DNA from: Lachnospiraceae bacterium
GTDB lineage: Bacteria > Bacillota > Clostridia > Lachnospirales > Lachnospiraceae
Direction: 5' to 3'
Length of the DNA stretch: 64,000 nucleotides
Assembly (NCBI GenBank): GCA_017465475.1
Contig: JAFTWC010000003.1
Location: forward strand, 25,725-89,724
The notes beneath the pieces are model-generated. The model was not told the DNA's origin and searched no databases. It saw nothing but the letters and a program-made list of their open reading frames with translations. The position numbers and the translations under genes are program-made. This document shows, piece by piece, positions 9,750-19,831 of the stretch; the stretch's first letter is position 1, and every line of letters starts with the position of its first letter.

Positions 9750-12700
9750 ATGGAGTTTACACATCTTCATGTACATACGGAATACAGTCTATTAGACGGT
9801 TCTTCTAAAATTAAAGAGATTGTTGCCCAGGCAAAAGCATTGGGAATGGATAGTCTTGCCATTACGGACCATGGTGTGATGTATGGTGTGATAGATTTTT
9901 ATCGTGCCTGCAAAGCTGAGGGAATTCGTCCGGTATTGGGGTGCGAAATTTATGTGGCACCGGGGTCCCGCTTTCAGAAAGAAGGCGGGGATTCGGAGGA
10001 GCGTTATTATCATTTGGTGCTTCTTGCCGAGAACAATACGGGATATTCTAATTTAATGAAAATTGTATCCAAGGGTTTTACGGAAGGATATTATTATAAA
10101 CCGCGAGTGGATTTGGAAGTATTAGAGGAGTATCATGAAGGTATTATTGCACTTTCAGCCTGTCTTGCGGGGGAAGTGGCCACCTATTTAAAAAAAGGGT
10201 TCTATGAGGAAGGCAAAGCAGCGGCATTACGTCTTTTAAATATATTCGGAGAAGGCAATTTCTTTTTGGAATTGCAGGACCACGGAATTCCGGAGCAGCG
10301 GACGGTAAATCAGGCATTGCTTCGTATGAGTGCGGAAACAAGAATTCCGTTAGTGGCTACCAACGACGTACATTATACCTTTGCAGAAGACGAGAAAGCC
10401 CACGATATTTTGCTTTGTATCCAGACTCAGAAAAAGGTGTCGGATGAGGATCGCATGCGCTATGACGGCGGCCAGTACTATTTAAAGTCTCCGGAGGAGA
10501 TGGAGGAACTGTTTCCGTATGCGAAGGAAGCTTTGCAGAGAACAAAGGCCATTGCGGACCGCTGTGAGGTAGAGATTGTATTCGGTGAGTATAAGTTACC
10601 CCATTATGAAGTACCGGAAGGCTATGATGCATGGACCTATTTACAGGCTCTTTGTGCGGAAGGAATGAAGAAACGTTATCCGGTGGTGACGAAGGAGTTA
10701 CAGGAGCGACTGGATTATGAACTTGGTGTCATTCATAAGATGGGATTTGATGATTACTATCTGATTGTATGGGACTTTATTAAATATGCAAAAGACCATG
10801 ATATTATGGTGGGCCCGGGGCGAGGCAGCGGTGCCGCCAGTATTGCGGCATATGCGCTGGGAATTACGGATATTGACCCGATTCGGTATCAGCTTCTGTT
10901 TGAGCGTTTCTTAAATCCGGAGCGAGTTTCCATGCCGGACTTTGATATTGACTTCTGCTTCGAACGCAGACAGGAAGTGATCGACTATGTGGTGGAAAAG
11001 TACGGAAAAGAAAAAGTGGTGCAGATTGTTACCTTTGGTACCATGGCAGCCAGAGGCGTCATCCGGGATGTGGGACGGGCCTTGGACTATCCGTATGCTC
11101 TCTGTGACCAGGTGGCGAAGATGATTCCCATGGAACTGGGAATTACCATAGAGAAAGCATTGCAGACCAACGGAGAGCTTCGTACTCTTTGTGAAACCGA
11201 CGAAAAAATACAGTATTTAATTGAAATGTCCAAGCGTTTGGAGGGATTACCGCGTCATACCTCCATGCATGCAGCCGGGGTGGTAATTTCCAATGCACCG
11301 GCAGATGACTATGTTCCGTTATCCAGAGGTGCCGATGAAGCTATCACCACCCAGTTTACCATGACTACGTTAGAAGAACTGGGACTTCTTAAGATGGACT
11401 TTTTGGGCCTCAGAACTTTGACGGTCATTCAGGATGCGGAAAAACTGGTAAACAAAAACCGGCCGAGGGAAGAGTGGCTGGATATGAATCAGATTGATTA
11501 TGATGATCCGAATATATATGAGATGATCGGAAGCGGAAAGTCGGAGGGTGTATTCCAGTTAGAAAGTACCGGTATGAAGAATTTCATGAAGGAATTAAAG
11601 CCGGAAAACTTGGAAGATGTCATTGCGGGAATCTCCTTATATCGTCCGGGCCCGATGGATTTTATTCCGAAGTATATTAAAGGAAAGCAGAATCCGGATA
11701 GCATTGTATATGACTGTCCGGAGCTTGTGCCGATTTTGAAGACAACCCACGGTTGTATTGTATATCAGGAACAGGTTATGCAAATTGTACGGGAACTGGC
11801 AGGATACAGTTACGGCCGAAGTGACCTTGTTCGTCGTGCCATGGCAAAGAAAAAGGCTGATGTGATGGCAAAAGAACGAAAGAATTTCGTTTACGGAAAT
11901 GAGGCCGAAGGCGTGAAGGGCTGCATAGCCAACGGCATTTCCGAAGAAGTGGGTAACAAGATTTTTGATGAGATGACAGACTTTGCAAAGTACGCATTTA
12001 ACAAAGCTCATGCGGCATGTTATGCGGTGGTTTCTTACCGCACGGCATATTTGAAATATTATCATCCGGTGGAATTTATGGCGGCACTGATGACGTCTAT
12101 TATGGATCAGACCGGAAAAGTAGCACAGTATATATTGACCTGTCGGCAAATGGGAATCGAGATTCTGCCTCCGGATGTGAATCACGGGGAGGAGAGGTTC
12201 ACCACAGAAGGGAAGGCCATTCGTTTTGCGTTGGCGGCTATTAAGGGAATCGGCAAGCCGGTGATTCGTGAAATCATGGCGGAACGGGAAGCAAACGGTC
12301 CGTTTACTACCTTAAAGGATTTCATTGACCGATTATCCGGTACCGGTGTTAATAAACGTGCGCTGGAAAGTTTTATTAAAGCCGGAGCATTGGATGGTCT
12401 GAAAGGAAACAGACGGCAGTTTATGCTCAGTTATGCTTCCATCGTGGACAGCATCGCAACGGAAAAGAAGAAAAACCTTTCCGGTCAGATGAGTTTGTTT
12501 GATTTTGCGGCACCGGAAGAGAAGGAAGAATTTGAAGTACGTCTTCCTGATGTGCCGGAGTTTGAGAAAAGTGAGCTTCTGGCCTTCGAAAAGGAAACCC
12601 TGGGGATATATTTGAGCGGTCACCCGTTAGATGAGTATCAGGAGATGCTGCAGAAGAATGTGACGAAAGTGTCTGCTGATTTTGTGGCGGACGAAGATGG

Positions 12701-13235
12701 GGAAGAGACGGAGACGCAGGTGCAGGACGGTGATACGGAGATTATCGGAGGTATCATAACCGAAGTGACGAGAAAAACGACCCGAAGTAATTCCATGATG
12801 GCTTTTGTTACCATTGAGGACGTATTGGGAACGGTAGAAGTTATTGTGTTCCCGAGAGACTATGAAAAGTATAAACAAGAACTGTTTGAAGATAATAAAG
12901 TATTAATACGCGGTCGTGTGGCTGTGGAAGAAGAACGGGCGGCAAGACTTATTTGTAGCGATATTATCCCGTTTACAGCGATGCCGCGGGAGGTTTGGGT
13001 GCGTTTTCCTGACAAAGAAGCTTTTTTGAAACGGGAAGAAGAATTGTACGGCATTTTGGATGCTTATGACGGAAAAGATGAAACCGTTGTGTACTGTGTG
13101 GCGGAAAAAGCAATGAAACGGTTGCCGAAAAGCCGCACTACCCAGGTGTCGGAAGCGTTAATTTCACGTTTGGAAGCTGCTTTTGGAAAAGATTCTGTAA
13201 AAGTTGTTGAAAAAACCCTTGAAAAAAGAGGATAA
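9750..13235 (+). CDS. dnaE: DNA polymerase III alpha subunit (DnaE type)
   Basis: 1161 aa with an N-terminal PHP domain (FTHLHVHTEYSLLDG), polymerase core and OB fold. Confidence 0.95.
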   Translation: MEFTHLHVHTEYSLLDGSSKIKEIVAQAKALGMDSLAITDHGVMYGVIDFYRACKAEGIRPVLGCEIYVAPGSRFQKEGGDSEERYYHLVLLAENNTGYSNLMKIVSKGFTEGYYYKPRVDLEVLEEYHEGIIALSACLAGEVATYLKKGFYEEGKAAALRLLNIFGEGNFFLELQDHGIPEQRTVNQALLRMSAETRIPLVATNDVHYTFAEDEKAHDILLCIQTQKKVSDEDRMRYDGGQYYLKSPEEMEELFPYAKEALQRTKAIADRCEVEIVFGEYKLPHYEVPEGYDAWTYLQALCAEGMKKRYPVVTKELQERLDYELGVIHKMGFDDYYLIVWDFIKYAKDHDIMVGPGRGSGAASIAAYALGITDIDPIRYQLLFERFLNPERVSMPDFDIDFCFERRQEVIDYVVEKYGKEKVVQIVTFGTMAARGVIRDVGRALDYPYALCDQVAKMIPMELGITIEKALQTNGELRTLCETDEKIQYLIEMSKRLEGLPRHTSMHAAGVVISNAPADDYVPLSRGADEAITTQFTMTTLEELGLLKMDFLGLRTLTVIQDAEKLVNKNRPREEWLDMNQIDYDDPNIYEMIGSGKSEGVFQLESTGMKNFMKELKPENLEDVIAGISLYRPGPMDFIPKYIKGKQNPDSIVYDCPELVPILKTTHGCIVYQEQVMQIVRELAGYSYGRSDLVRRAMAKKKADVMAKERKNFVYGNEAEGVKGCIANGISEEVGNKIFDEMTDFAKYAFNKAHAACYAVVSYRTAYLKYYHPVEFMAALMTSIMDQTGKVAQYILTCRQMGIEILPPDVNHGEERFTTEGKAIRFALAAIKGIGKPVIREIMAEREANGPFTTLKDFIDRLSGTGVNKRALESFIKAGALDGLKGNRRQFMLSYASIVDSIATEKKKNLSGQMSLFDFAAPEEKEEFEVRLPDVPEFEKSELLAFEKETLGIYLSGHPLDEYQEMLQKNVTKVSADFVADEDGEETETQVQDGDTEIIGGIITEVTRKTTRSNSMMAFVTIEDVLGTVEVIVFPRDYEKYKQELFEDNKVLIRGRVAVEEERAARLICSDIIPFTAMPREVWVRFPDKEAFLKREEELYGILDAYDGKDETVVYCVAEKAMKRLPKSRTTQVSEALISRLEAAFGKDSVKVVEKTLEKRG

Positions 13236-13290
13236 ACGCTGTACAATACAGTGGAGCGCATATAGTTATTTAAGCACGGAGGAATTAGAA

Positions 13291-14316
13291 ATGGCAACAA
13301 AGAAAGCTGAAGCAAAAAGTACGGTGGGAAAGATGACCGGTGATAATATTAAGACGATTGCTGTGTTGACCAGCGGTGGTGATGCACCGGGTATGAACGC
13401 AGTAATTCGTGCGGTAGTCAGAACGGCACTTGCAAACGGAAAAAAGGTAAAGGGCATCCGCAGAGGATATGCAGGCCTTTTGGACGAGGATATCATTGAT
13501 ATGGATGCAAAGAGCGTAGCAGACATTATCCAGCGAGGCGGTACGATTTTGTATACGGCTCGTTGTGCGGAGTTTACTACACCGGAGGGACAAGATAAGG
13601 GTGCTGCGATTTGTAAGAAGCACGGTATTGATGCAGTGGTAGTTATCGGCGGAGACGGTTCTTTCCAGGGCGCAAGAAAGCTTGCGGCACGCGGAATCAA
13701 TACCATCGGTGTGCCGGGTACCATTGACCTTGATATTGCATGCAGTGATTACACCATCGGTTTTGATACTGCTATTAATACTGCAATGGAAGCAATCGAT
13801 AAGGTACGTGATACTTCTACCTCCCATGAGAGATGTAGTATTATCGAAGTAATGGGTCGTCATGCAGGTTATATTGCATTATGGTGCGGTATTGCAAACG
13901 GTGCAGAGGATATTCTTCTTCCGGAGCGTTATGAAGAGAATTTCGAGCAGAAGATTATTGAAAATATTAAGGAAAAGAAGATGCTCGGTAAGAAGCATCA
14001 CATCATCATCAATGCAGAGGGTGTGGGCGATTCTTACGAGATGGCGAAGCGCATCGAACGTGCTACCGATATGGAAACAAGAGCGACTATCGTAGGTCAT
14101 ATTCAGCGTGGCGGAAGCCCGACTTGTCGTGACCGTGTATATGCGTCTATGATGGGAGCAAAGGCAGTGGATCTTCTTTGCGAAGGTAAGACAAACCGCG
14201 TTGTAGCTTATAAAAACGGCGGCCTTGTAGATTATGATATCGAAGAAGCACTGGCAATGAAGAAGGATTTGGATGAGGATATGGTGATCATGTCCCAGAA
14301 GCTGTCCAGAAAGTAA
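13291..14316 (+). CDS. pfkA: ATP-dependent 6-phosphofructokinase
   Basis: IAVLTSGGDAPGMN, GGDGS and PGTIDLD motifs. ATG 13291 follows GGAGG. The longer ORF from 13204 overlaps dnaE. Confidence 0.95.
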   Translation: MATKKAEAKSTVGKMTGDNIKTIAVLTSGGDAPGMNAVIRAVVRTALANGKKVKGIRRGYAGLLDEDIIDMDAKSVADIIQRGGTILYTARCAEFTTPEGQDKGAAICKKHGIDAVVVIGGDGSFQGARKLAARGINTIGVPGTIDLDIACSDYTIGFDTAINTAMEAIDKVRDTSTSHERCSIIEVMGRHAGYIALWCGIANGAEDILLPERYEENFEQKIIENIKEKKMLGKKHHIIINAEGVGDSYEMAKRIERATDMETRATIVGHIQRGGSPTCRDRVYASMMGAKAVDLLCEGKTNRVVAYKNGGLVDYDIEEALAMKKDLDEDMVIMSQKLSRK

Positions 14317-14339
14317 TAAGAGAACAGAGTATAATAATG

Positions 14340-14367
14340 AAGACCGGTTCGTCAGAACCGGTCTTTT
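14340..14367. terminator. bidirectional intrinsic terminator between convergent pfkA and the 14384-14911 gene
   Basis: AAGACCGGTT/AACCGGTCTT 10-bp stem followed by a T run. Confidence 0.7.
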
Positions 14368-14383
14368 ATGTTATATGTCAATA

Positions 14384-14911
14384 TTAAATGGCTACGTCTA
14401 CATTGGCACCTAAAAGTGCATCTAAATCAGCAGCTTTTTTATTTTTATCATAGTCGGAATCGCCGTATTTGATAAGCGTACGAGTGGTACCTCCGGCCAC
14501 ATAGGAGCGTCCGCATTCCGGACAAATGGCTGTTTTTAAGGAGACTTTTGCGGAAATCAATTCGTTTCCGGGTTTGTTTCCTTCCCGTTTTGCGTTGGCT
14601 ACATGTTCTTTTTCGTGAGACATGACCACACCGGCGGATGCTTCCGGTGCAATGTGTCCCGGTGCTTTAAAGGAAACGTTACCTTCATCGGAACCGTCAA
14701 CATACTTTCGTTCTTTGCAGGTTTGACATTCGCCTTTGGCTTCTGTTTTTCCGGTTTTTTGATTTCCTTCGGTCTTTTCGGAAGATACCGGAGAGACATT
14801 AGGAAGCTCTGGTGAAGTTACACCGGAGGGAGAAGAAGAGAAGGCGGTAGGAGTCGCAGTTCCGTAAAAGGACATAGGATTTGCCTTGGAAACGGAAAAA
14901 AACACGGACAA
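14384..14911 (-). CDS. hypothetical zinc-motif protein (HEKEH = HExxH, plus CQTC and CPEC pairs); resembles the SprA-related / CJM1_0395-type putative metalloprotease family
   Basis: The motifs are read directly from the translation. The gene starts 28 nt downstream of the PilZ gene stop, so the two are probably co-transcribed. The start is TTG 14911 or GTG 14905. Confidence 0.55.
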   Translation of the reverse strand: MSVFFSVSKANPMSFYGTATPTAFSSSPSGVTSPELPNVSPVSSEKTEGNQKTGKTEAKGECQTCKERKYVDGSDEGNVSFKAPGHIAPEASAGVVMSHEKEHVANAKREGNKPGNELISAKVSLKTAICPECGRSYVAGGTTRTLIKYGDSDYDKNKKAADLDALLGANVDVAI

Positions 14912-14939
14912 TCAACCTCCTTTCTTTTATAGGAGAATG

Positions 14940-15608
14940 TTAGTAATAGCGACGCTGTCTGGAGGACGCGGAATAAGCACTGGTTCTTCCCTGCTGACGT
15001 TCTCTCTGCTTTGTCATAAGGTAACTGGACAGGTATGCATTCGGTTCGACGAATTTACAACCATAGTTAAATGTTCCTTTTTCTTCATTAAAATCTCTTC
15101 GCACAATGGTAGCAGAAAGGACAAGGGTTTTACGTTCCGTAAGCGGAATGGACAAACGAATCGTTCTGGAGATTTCGTATTCTTCCTTGCTGACAAAGCC
15201 GAAACCGGTTTCACTGATGTCACGAACCAATACATTAAACGACTGCGGTCCGCTGCTTTGGAATACCGTAATGGCCATAGTCTCCCCAACGTATACACGG
15301 AAAGAACCACGTCGGTTGTACGGCTTTGCTTCTCCAGGTAACTCCACTTTATAATAAGTATTTCCCTTAATCTTAACAAGAGGAAGGGAGATGGAATGCC
15401 ATGCATATACGACCTGATCCTGTAAGTACAGAAAATCAATGGTACAGGTATTACCGAATCCTACGGTACGTCCGTCTACCAAAATAGGTTGTAATAAAAT
15501 GTGATCAGCATGCACTTCGGAGATGGTTGTAGCTAAATCTTTTGATTTTAGGCCCACGGTAACAACGAGGGTCACCGGGTGCTGCTCGTCTAAGTCCAAA
15601 ATTGTCAT
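14940..15608 (-). CDS. YcgR/MotI-like flagellar brake protein (PilZN + PilZ c-di-GMP-binding domains)
   Basis: 222 aa. RRGSFR (RxxxR) and DISETGFGF (DxSxxG) motifs lie in the C-terminal half. Length and architecture match B. subtilis MotI/YpfA. Confidence 0.75.
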   Translation of the reverse strand: MTILDLDEQHPVTLVVTVGLKSKDLATTISEVHADHILLQPILVDGRTVGFGNTCTIDFLYLQDQVVYAWHSISLPLVKIKGNTYYKVELPGEAKPYNRRGSFRVYVGETMAITVFQSSGPQSFNVLVRDISETGFGFVSKEEYEISRTIRLSIPLTERKTLVLSATIVRRDFNEEKGTFNYGCKFVEPNAYLSSYLMTKQRERQQGRTSAYSASSRQRRYY

Positions 15609-15664
15609 ATGTAAAAGTCCCTTGCATTATAGTTTAAAGAAAATTATCCTAATCCATCATAATA

Positions 15665-15693
15665 AATTATACTACATACTATTCACGGTTGCA
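15665..15693 (-). promoter_or_regulatory. sigma-A-type promoter for the PilZ operon
   Basis: On the minus strand: TTGCAA, 17 nt, TATAAT. It lies about 55 nt upstream of the ATG at 15608. Confidence 0.5.
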
Positions 15694-15779
15694 AGTAAAA
15701 AAAATTGTGGATATGAATTTTGTTGTGATAATTTTAAGTTTATGATATACTTGTCTTTGGATAGGAGCGTGATTGCAGT

Positions 15780-16787
15780 ATGATTTTTCCGAATTGGATA
15801 AGAAAAGGCGACAAAATCGGTGTTACTGCCTGTTCGGCGGGGAAGACTTCGCCGGTGGATCAGATAAGATTAAATAACGGAATAAAGCAAATGAAAGAAC
15901 GGGGATACGAAGTAATAGAAACCCCGGATGTGAGAACGGATGAAAAGGGAAGAAGTGCGCCGGCAAAGGTTCGCGGGGAGGAATTGCATTCTTTGGTACG
16001 AAATCAGGAGGTTACCTGGGTGATTCAGGCCTGTGGCGGTGACTATTTGGCGGAAATGCTTTCTTATGCGGATTTTGAAGAAATAAAACGGTATCCGAAG
16101 TGGTATCAGGGATATTCTGATCCTACGGGCTTACTGTTTTCCATAACGACAAATTGTGATATGGCTACGGTATATGCCGGAAATTTCGGGGATTTCGGAA
16201 TGGGACACTGGCATCGTTGCCTGGAAGAAAATGTGGCATTGTTGGAAGGAAAAGAGTTTGTACAAAAGAGTTTTCCGCTTTACAAGGATGGATTTGCAGA
16301 AAAGATAACAGGATATGAGGATTATCAGGAAGATACCCCGGTGAAATGGCTATGTGACACAAAAGATGCGGTTTTGTCGGGACGACTGTTGGGAGGCTGT
16401 CTTGATGTACTGCTTGATTTGGCAGGAACAAGGTTTGATAAAACGGCAGAGTGGTGTGAGCATTATAAGGAAGACGGAATTTTATGGTATTTGGAAAGTT
16501 TTGCGTTAAGTGCGGAACGTCTGACCATCGGGCTGTGGCATTTGAAGGAAGCAGGGTGGTTTCGATATGCGACGGGATTTGTATTTGGAAGGCCTACCTT
16601 TTTCTCAAGTGAAAATGAGGTGAGTTACCGGGAGGCTGTAGAGTCTGTATTGGGAGAATTGGGACTTCCCATTGTGTATGAGGCAGATATAGGACATAAA
16701 GCGCCTCGTATGACCATGGTAAATGGTGCATTGGCAGAACTGAAAGTAACAGATGGAAAGGGAGAACTCTGCTTATTCTTTGAATAA
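15780..16787 (+). CDS. S66 family LD-carboxypeptidase (LdcA/MccF-like)
   Basis: The N-terminus KGDKIGVTACSAG, and the length and layout, are typical of peptidase S66. Confidence 0.8.
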   Translation: MIFPNWIRKGDKIGVTACSAGKTSPVDQIRLNNGIKQMKERGYEVIETPDVRTDEKGRSAPAKVRGEELHSLVRNQEVTWVIQACGGDYLAEMLSYADFEEIKRYPKWYQGYSDPTGLLFSITTNCDMATVYAGNFGDFGMGHWHRCLEENVALLEGKEFVQKSFPLYKDGFAEKITGYEDYQEDTPVKWLCDTKDAVLSGRLLGGCLDVLLDLAGTRFDKTAEWCEHYKEDGILWYLESFALSAERLTIGLWHLKEAGWFRYATGFVFGRPTFFSSENEVSYREAVESVLGELGLPIVYEADIGHKAPRMTMVNGALAELKVTDGKGELCLFFE

Positions 16788-16819
16788 GCCGGAGAAAACG
16801 GAAAGGAACGTGACACGGT

Positions 16820-18853
16820 ATGGAACAAGGAAAATCTTCGATAGGATTACGATTGGTTTATTTTCCTCTATATTGTTTGTTTGCTGAGTTAGTGTTGAGA
16901 GTTTGCGTGTACCGGGGATTCCCGACAGGAACCGTGACAGCGATGCTATCGGCAATCGGTTTTGGTTGCATTTGGAATTTGCTTACCTTATGTTTTCCGC
17001 GTGTTTGGAATCGTGTATTTTTCTATTTCGGTTCCGGAATGGTAGGAATTTATGCGTGTGTTCAGATGATTTATTATACGGTATTTAATCGTTTCTTTTC
17101 TCTTCGTCTGATGTTTACGGTGGGGACGGATGTTCTGGATTTTAAAGAACAGATTTTCCAGACAATCGGGATGCGTTGGTACGGGATTGTTCTACTGGTT
17201 GCACCCATCGTTTTACGCATTGTTTTGGATGTTGCAAAGAAAGGGTTTGAAAAGCTTTCGCCATGGACCTTGATGTACGGAGGAGGAGCAGCCGGTGTTT
17301 GTTATGTAGCTTTTTTTATTTGTCTGCTTTCCGGCGGAAAAGAAGCATATTCTCCGTGGAATCTTTATTTTCATGAATGGGATGCGTCTTTGGGGACGCA
17401 ACATCTGGGTTTTTTTGTGGCAGCGGGAAAAGATGTCAAAGGAGTGTTCTTTCCTGATGAGGATGATTATGAAGAGGTCTTATTGGTGAGCCCGAAACCT
17501 TCACGAAAGGACATTACCCCCACCCCGGTACCGACGACCACACCGACAGGAGAGCCGGAACAAGGGGGAGACAAAGACGTGTTGACGCCGACACCGGCAC
17601 CTACACCGACACCGGTAGTGTATCATGAACTGTATGATTTCGGGCAACTTGCGGAGAAGGAAAAAAACGATACAATTCGGAATTTGCATACGTATTTCGA
17701 AGGGCAGACTGCTACTACACATAATGAATATACAGGAATGTTTGAGGGATATAACCTGATTTTACTGACAGCGGAAGGCTTTTCACCATGGGCTGTAGAT
17801 AAAGAGTTGACACCGACACTGTATCGCCTTACTCACAGCGGTTTTGTGTTTGAGAATTTTTACACGCCTCTTTGGTATACCAGTACCAGTGACGGAGAGT
17901 ACGTTGCCTGTACCGGGCTTCTTCCGGATGGAAGTAACAGTATGACCCGTTCTGCGGAAAATGACATGAGGTTTGCTTTTGGAAACCAGTTTTCCAAGTT
18001 AGGATATAAAACCTTTGCATACCATAATCATTCCTATACCTATTACAGCAGAGATAAGAGTCATCCGAATCTGGGATATACATACAAGGGAATCGGAAAC
18101 GGTCTGGTGCTTCCGACTACCTGCTGGCCTCGTTCGGACTATGAAATGATGCAGGCTACGGTGCCGGACTATGTGGGAGATGAACCGTTTCATGTGTATT
18201 ATATGACGGTAAGCGGTCATATGAGTTATACGTTTCTTGATAATACCATGGCAAACCGGAATCGTTCGGTGGTAAGTCATTTGCCGTATTCAGAACCGGC
18301 GAGAGCGTATATAGCGTGTAATTATGAATTGGAGAAGGCCTTGACATATCTGATTGAAGAACTCGAAAAGGCAGGAATTGCGGAACGTACCGTCATTGCA
18401 CTTTCCGCCGACCATTATCCGTACGGTTTGGAAAAAATGTATATTGATGAGCTGGCAGGACATGAAGTGGAAGAGGAATTTGAATTGTATAAGAATCACT
18501 TTATTTTGTGGTGTGCCGGCATGGAAGAAACCGTTACGGTGGACAAGGTATGTTCCAGTCTGGATATCGTACCTACATTGGCAAATTTATTTAATCTTCC
18601 GTTTGACTCCAGACTGTATCCGGGAAAGGATATTTTATCGGAGGAACCGGGAATCGTTATTTTCGATAACAAGAGTTTTCTGACAGATGAAGTGGCATAC
18701 AGTACGAAAACCAGAGAGGCAAAGTCATTAACCGGAGAAGTGATACCGGAGGGATATGTGGAGGAAAAGATTTTAGAAGTGAAGCAGAAATTTGCCGCAT
18801 CGAAAGGAATATTAAATAATGACTATTATTCCTATTTGCCCATGGAACAGTAA
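16820..18853 (+). CDS. LTA synthase family / sulfatase-domain membrane protein
   Basis: N-terminal multi-TM region, a Pro/Thr-rich linker (PTPVPTTTPTGEPE...TPTPAPTPTPV) and a C-terminal alkaline-phosphatase-like sulfatase domain. Confidence 0.75.
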   Translation: MEQGKSSIGLRLVYFPLYCLFAELVLRVCVYRGFPTGTVTAMLSAIGFGCIWNLLTLCFPRVWNRVFFYFGSGMVGIYACVQMIYYTVFNRFFSLRLMFTVGTDVLDFKEQIFQTIGMRWYGIVLLVAPIVLRIVLDVAKKGFEKLSPWTLMYGGGAAGVCYVAFFICLLSGGKEAYSPWNLYFHEWDASLGTQHLGFFVAAGKDVKGVFFPDEDDYEEVLLVSPKPSRKDITPTPVPTTTPTGEPEQGGDKDVLTPTPAPTPTPVVYHELYDFGQLAEKEKNDTIRNLHTYFEGQTATTHNEYTGMFEGYNLILLTAEGFSPWAVDKELTPTLYRLTHSGFVFENFYTPLWYTSTSDGEYVACTGLLPDGSNSMTRSAENDMRFAFGNQFSKLGYKTFAYHNHSYTYYSRDKSHPNLGYTYKGIGNGLVLPTTCWPRSDYEMMQATVPDYVGDEPFHVYYMTVSGHMSYTFLDNTMANRNRSVVSHLPYSEPARAYIACNYELEKALTYLIEELEKAGIAERTVIALSADHYPYGLEKMYIDELAGHEVEEEFELYKNHFILWCAGMEETVTVDKVCSSLDIVPTLANLFNLPFDSRLYPGKDILSEEPGIVIFDNKSFLTDEVAYSTKTREAKSLTGEVIPEGYVEEKILEVKQKFAASKGILNNDYYSYLPMEQ

Positions 18854-19024
18854 GAAACAGCCCGGTGAAGGATGCAGTAATAATTTATGGAAATTCTACT
18901 TGTCATTTGGAGCAGGAAACGGTATACTGTAACTATGGAAAAAGTGTAACAAAAATCCGGTACTCGTCCGGGCAGTGGTATCACCGGAAAACGATGTACG
19001 CACAGAACGTCAGAGGAGGTTATC

Positions 19025-19372
19025 ATGGAAGAAAAGAGAAAAAACAAAAGACTGCCGATTTCGCTTGAATTAAGTGTCTCTTCGTTGTTTAAGCAGGACA
19101 ATGTAAAGGCAGATGTAAAAGACACACCGATTATTGTAACAGATATTTCCAGAGGCGGAATCCGGTTTGAATGTGAGAGTATTTTACCGGTGGGCTATTA
19201 TTTTAATGCAAAGATAGAAATGGGAAATCAGGAAAGCGCATTGTATTCTGTTGTAAAGATTATCCGTAGCCGAGAAGGCGAAGAAGGAAGAGTCGTTTAC
19301 GGTTGTGAGTTTGTCGGACTTGCACCGGTACTGGGCTTCATTTTTGATGAATACGAGGCAAATTTGAAGTAA
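19025..19372 (+). CDS. stand-alone PilZ domain protein
   Basis: 115 aa. RKNKR (RxxxR) and DISRGG (DxSxxG) motifs. Strong RBS GAGGAGG. Confidence 0.8.
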   Translation: MEEKRKNKRLPISLELSVSSLFKQDNVKADVKDTPIIVTDISRGGIRFECESILPVGYYFNAKIEMGNQESALYSVVKIIRSREGEEGRVVYGCEFVGLAPVLGFIFDEYEANLK

Positions 19373-19419
19373 TCGATTGTAAGAGGTTTTTTTTTCTGAT
19401 TGATGAAAAATCGGAAATG

Positions 19420-19449
19420 AAAAAAGCAGGTCAACCGACCTGCTTTTTT
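19420..19449. terminator. bidirectional intrinsic terminator between the PilZ gene and csp
   Basis: AAAAAA-GCAGGTC-AACC-GACCTGC-TTTTTT. Confidence 0.8.
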
Positions 19450-19467
19450 GCTGTTCAGGATTATGAA

Positions 19468-19665
19468 TTATAACTTCGTAACGTTTGCAGCCTGCGGACC
19501 CTTTTCGCCGGTCACTACTTCAAACTCTACCTTGTCGCCTTCGTCAAGGACTTTAAATCCGTCCATGTTTAATGCGGAATAATGTACGAATACATCGGTT
19601 CCGTTTTCATCGGAAATAAAGCCAAACCCCTTTTTTGCGTTGAACCACTTTACTGTGCCGTTCAT
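19468..19665 (-). CDS. cold-shock protein (CspA family)
   Basis: 65 aa. [17 protein letters not shown] and VFVHYSAL are the RNP1/RNP2 motifs. Confidence 0.95.
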   Translation of the reverse strand: MNGTVKWFNAKKGFGFISDENGTDVFVHYSALNMDGFKVLDEGDKVEFEVVTGEKGPQAANVTKL

Positions 19666-19831
19666 CTTGTGTTCCTCCGAAACTTAAAATTATAAATAGG
19701 ATGTTATAAAACAACCTAGTATTAAAGATAGCATAAATTCATAAAATTGTCAATGAGGACAAGGATTTTTATGGATTTTTTGTGGGTAATGTGGTAAGAT
19801 AAGCAAAAAGGAATAAGGAGAAGGAAAGAGA

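Noticed and set aside
13204-13290. The long form of pfkA starting at 13204.
   Set aside because: It overlaps the end of dnaE. ATG 13291 has a GGAGG RBS and yields the conserved PfkA N-terminus after a short extension.
18930-19024. A c-di-GMP riboswitch in the roughly 95-nt leader of the PilZ gene, suggested by the string ACGCACAG.
   Set aside because: Only this octamer resembles GEMM-I. The GGCAAACC-type partner, the tetraloop/receptor and the paired stems are not present. It is most likely a chance match.
18865-19068. The 67-aa ORF between the LTA-synthase-like gene and the PilZ gene.
   Set aside because: It has no RBS and overlaps the predicted promoter (TTGTCA-17-TATACT near 18899-18927), the leader and the start of the PilZ gene. 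The composition is not protein-like.
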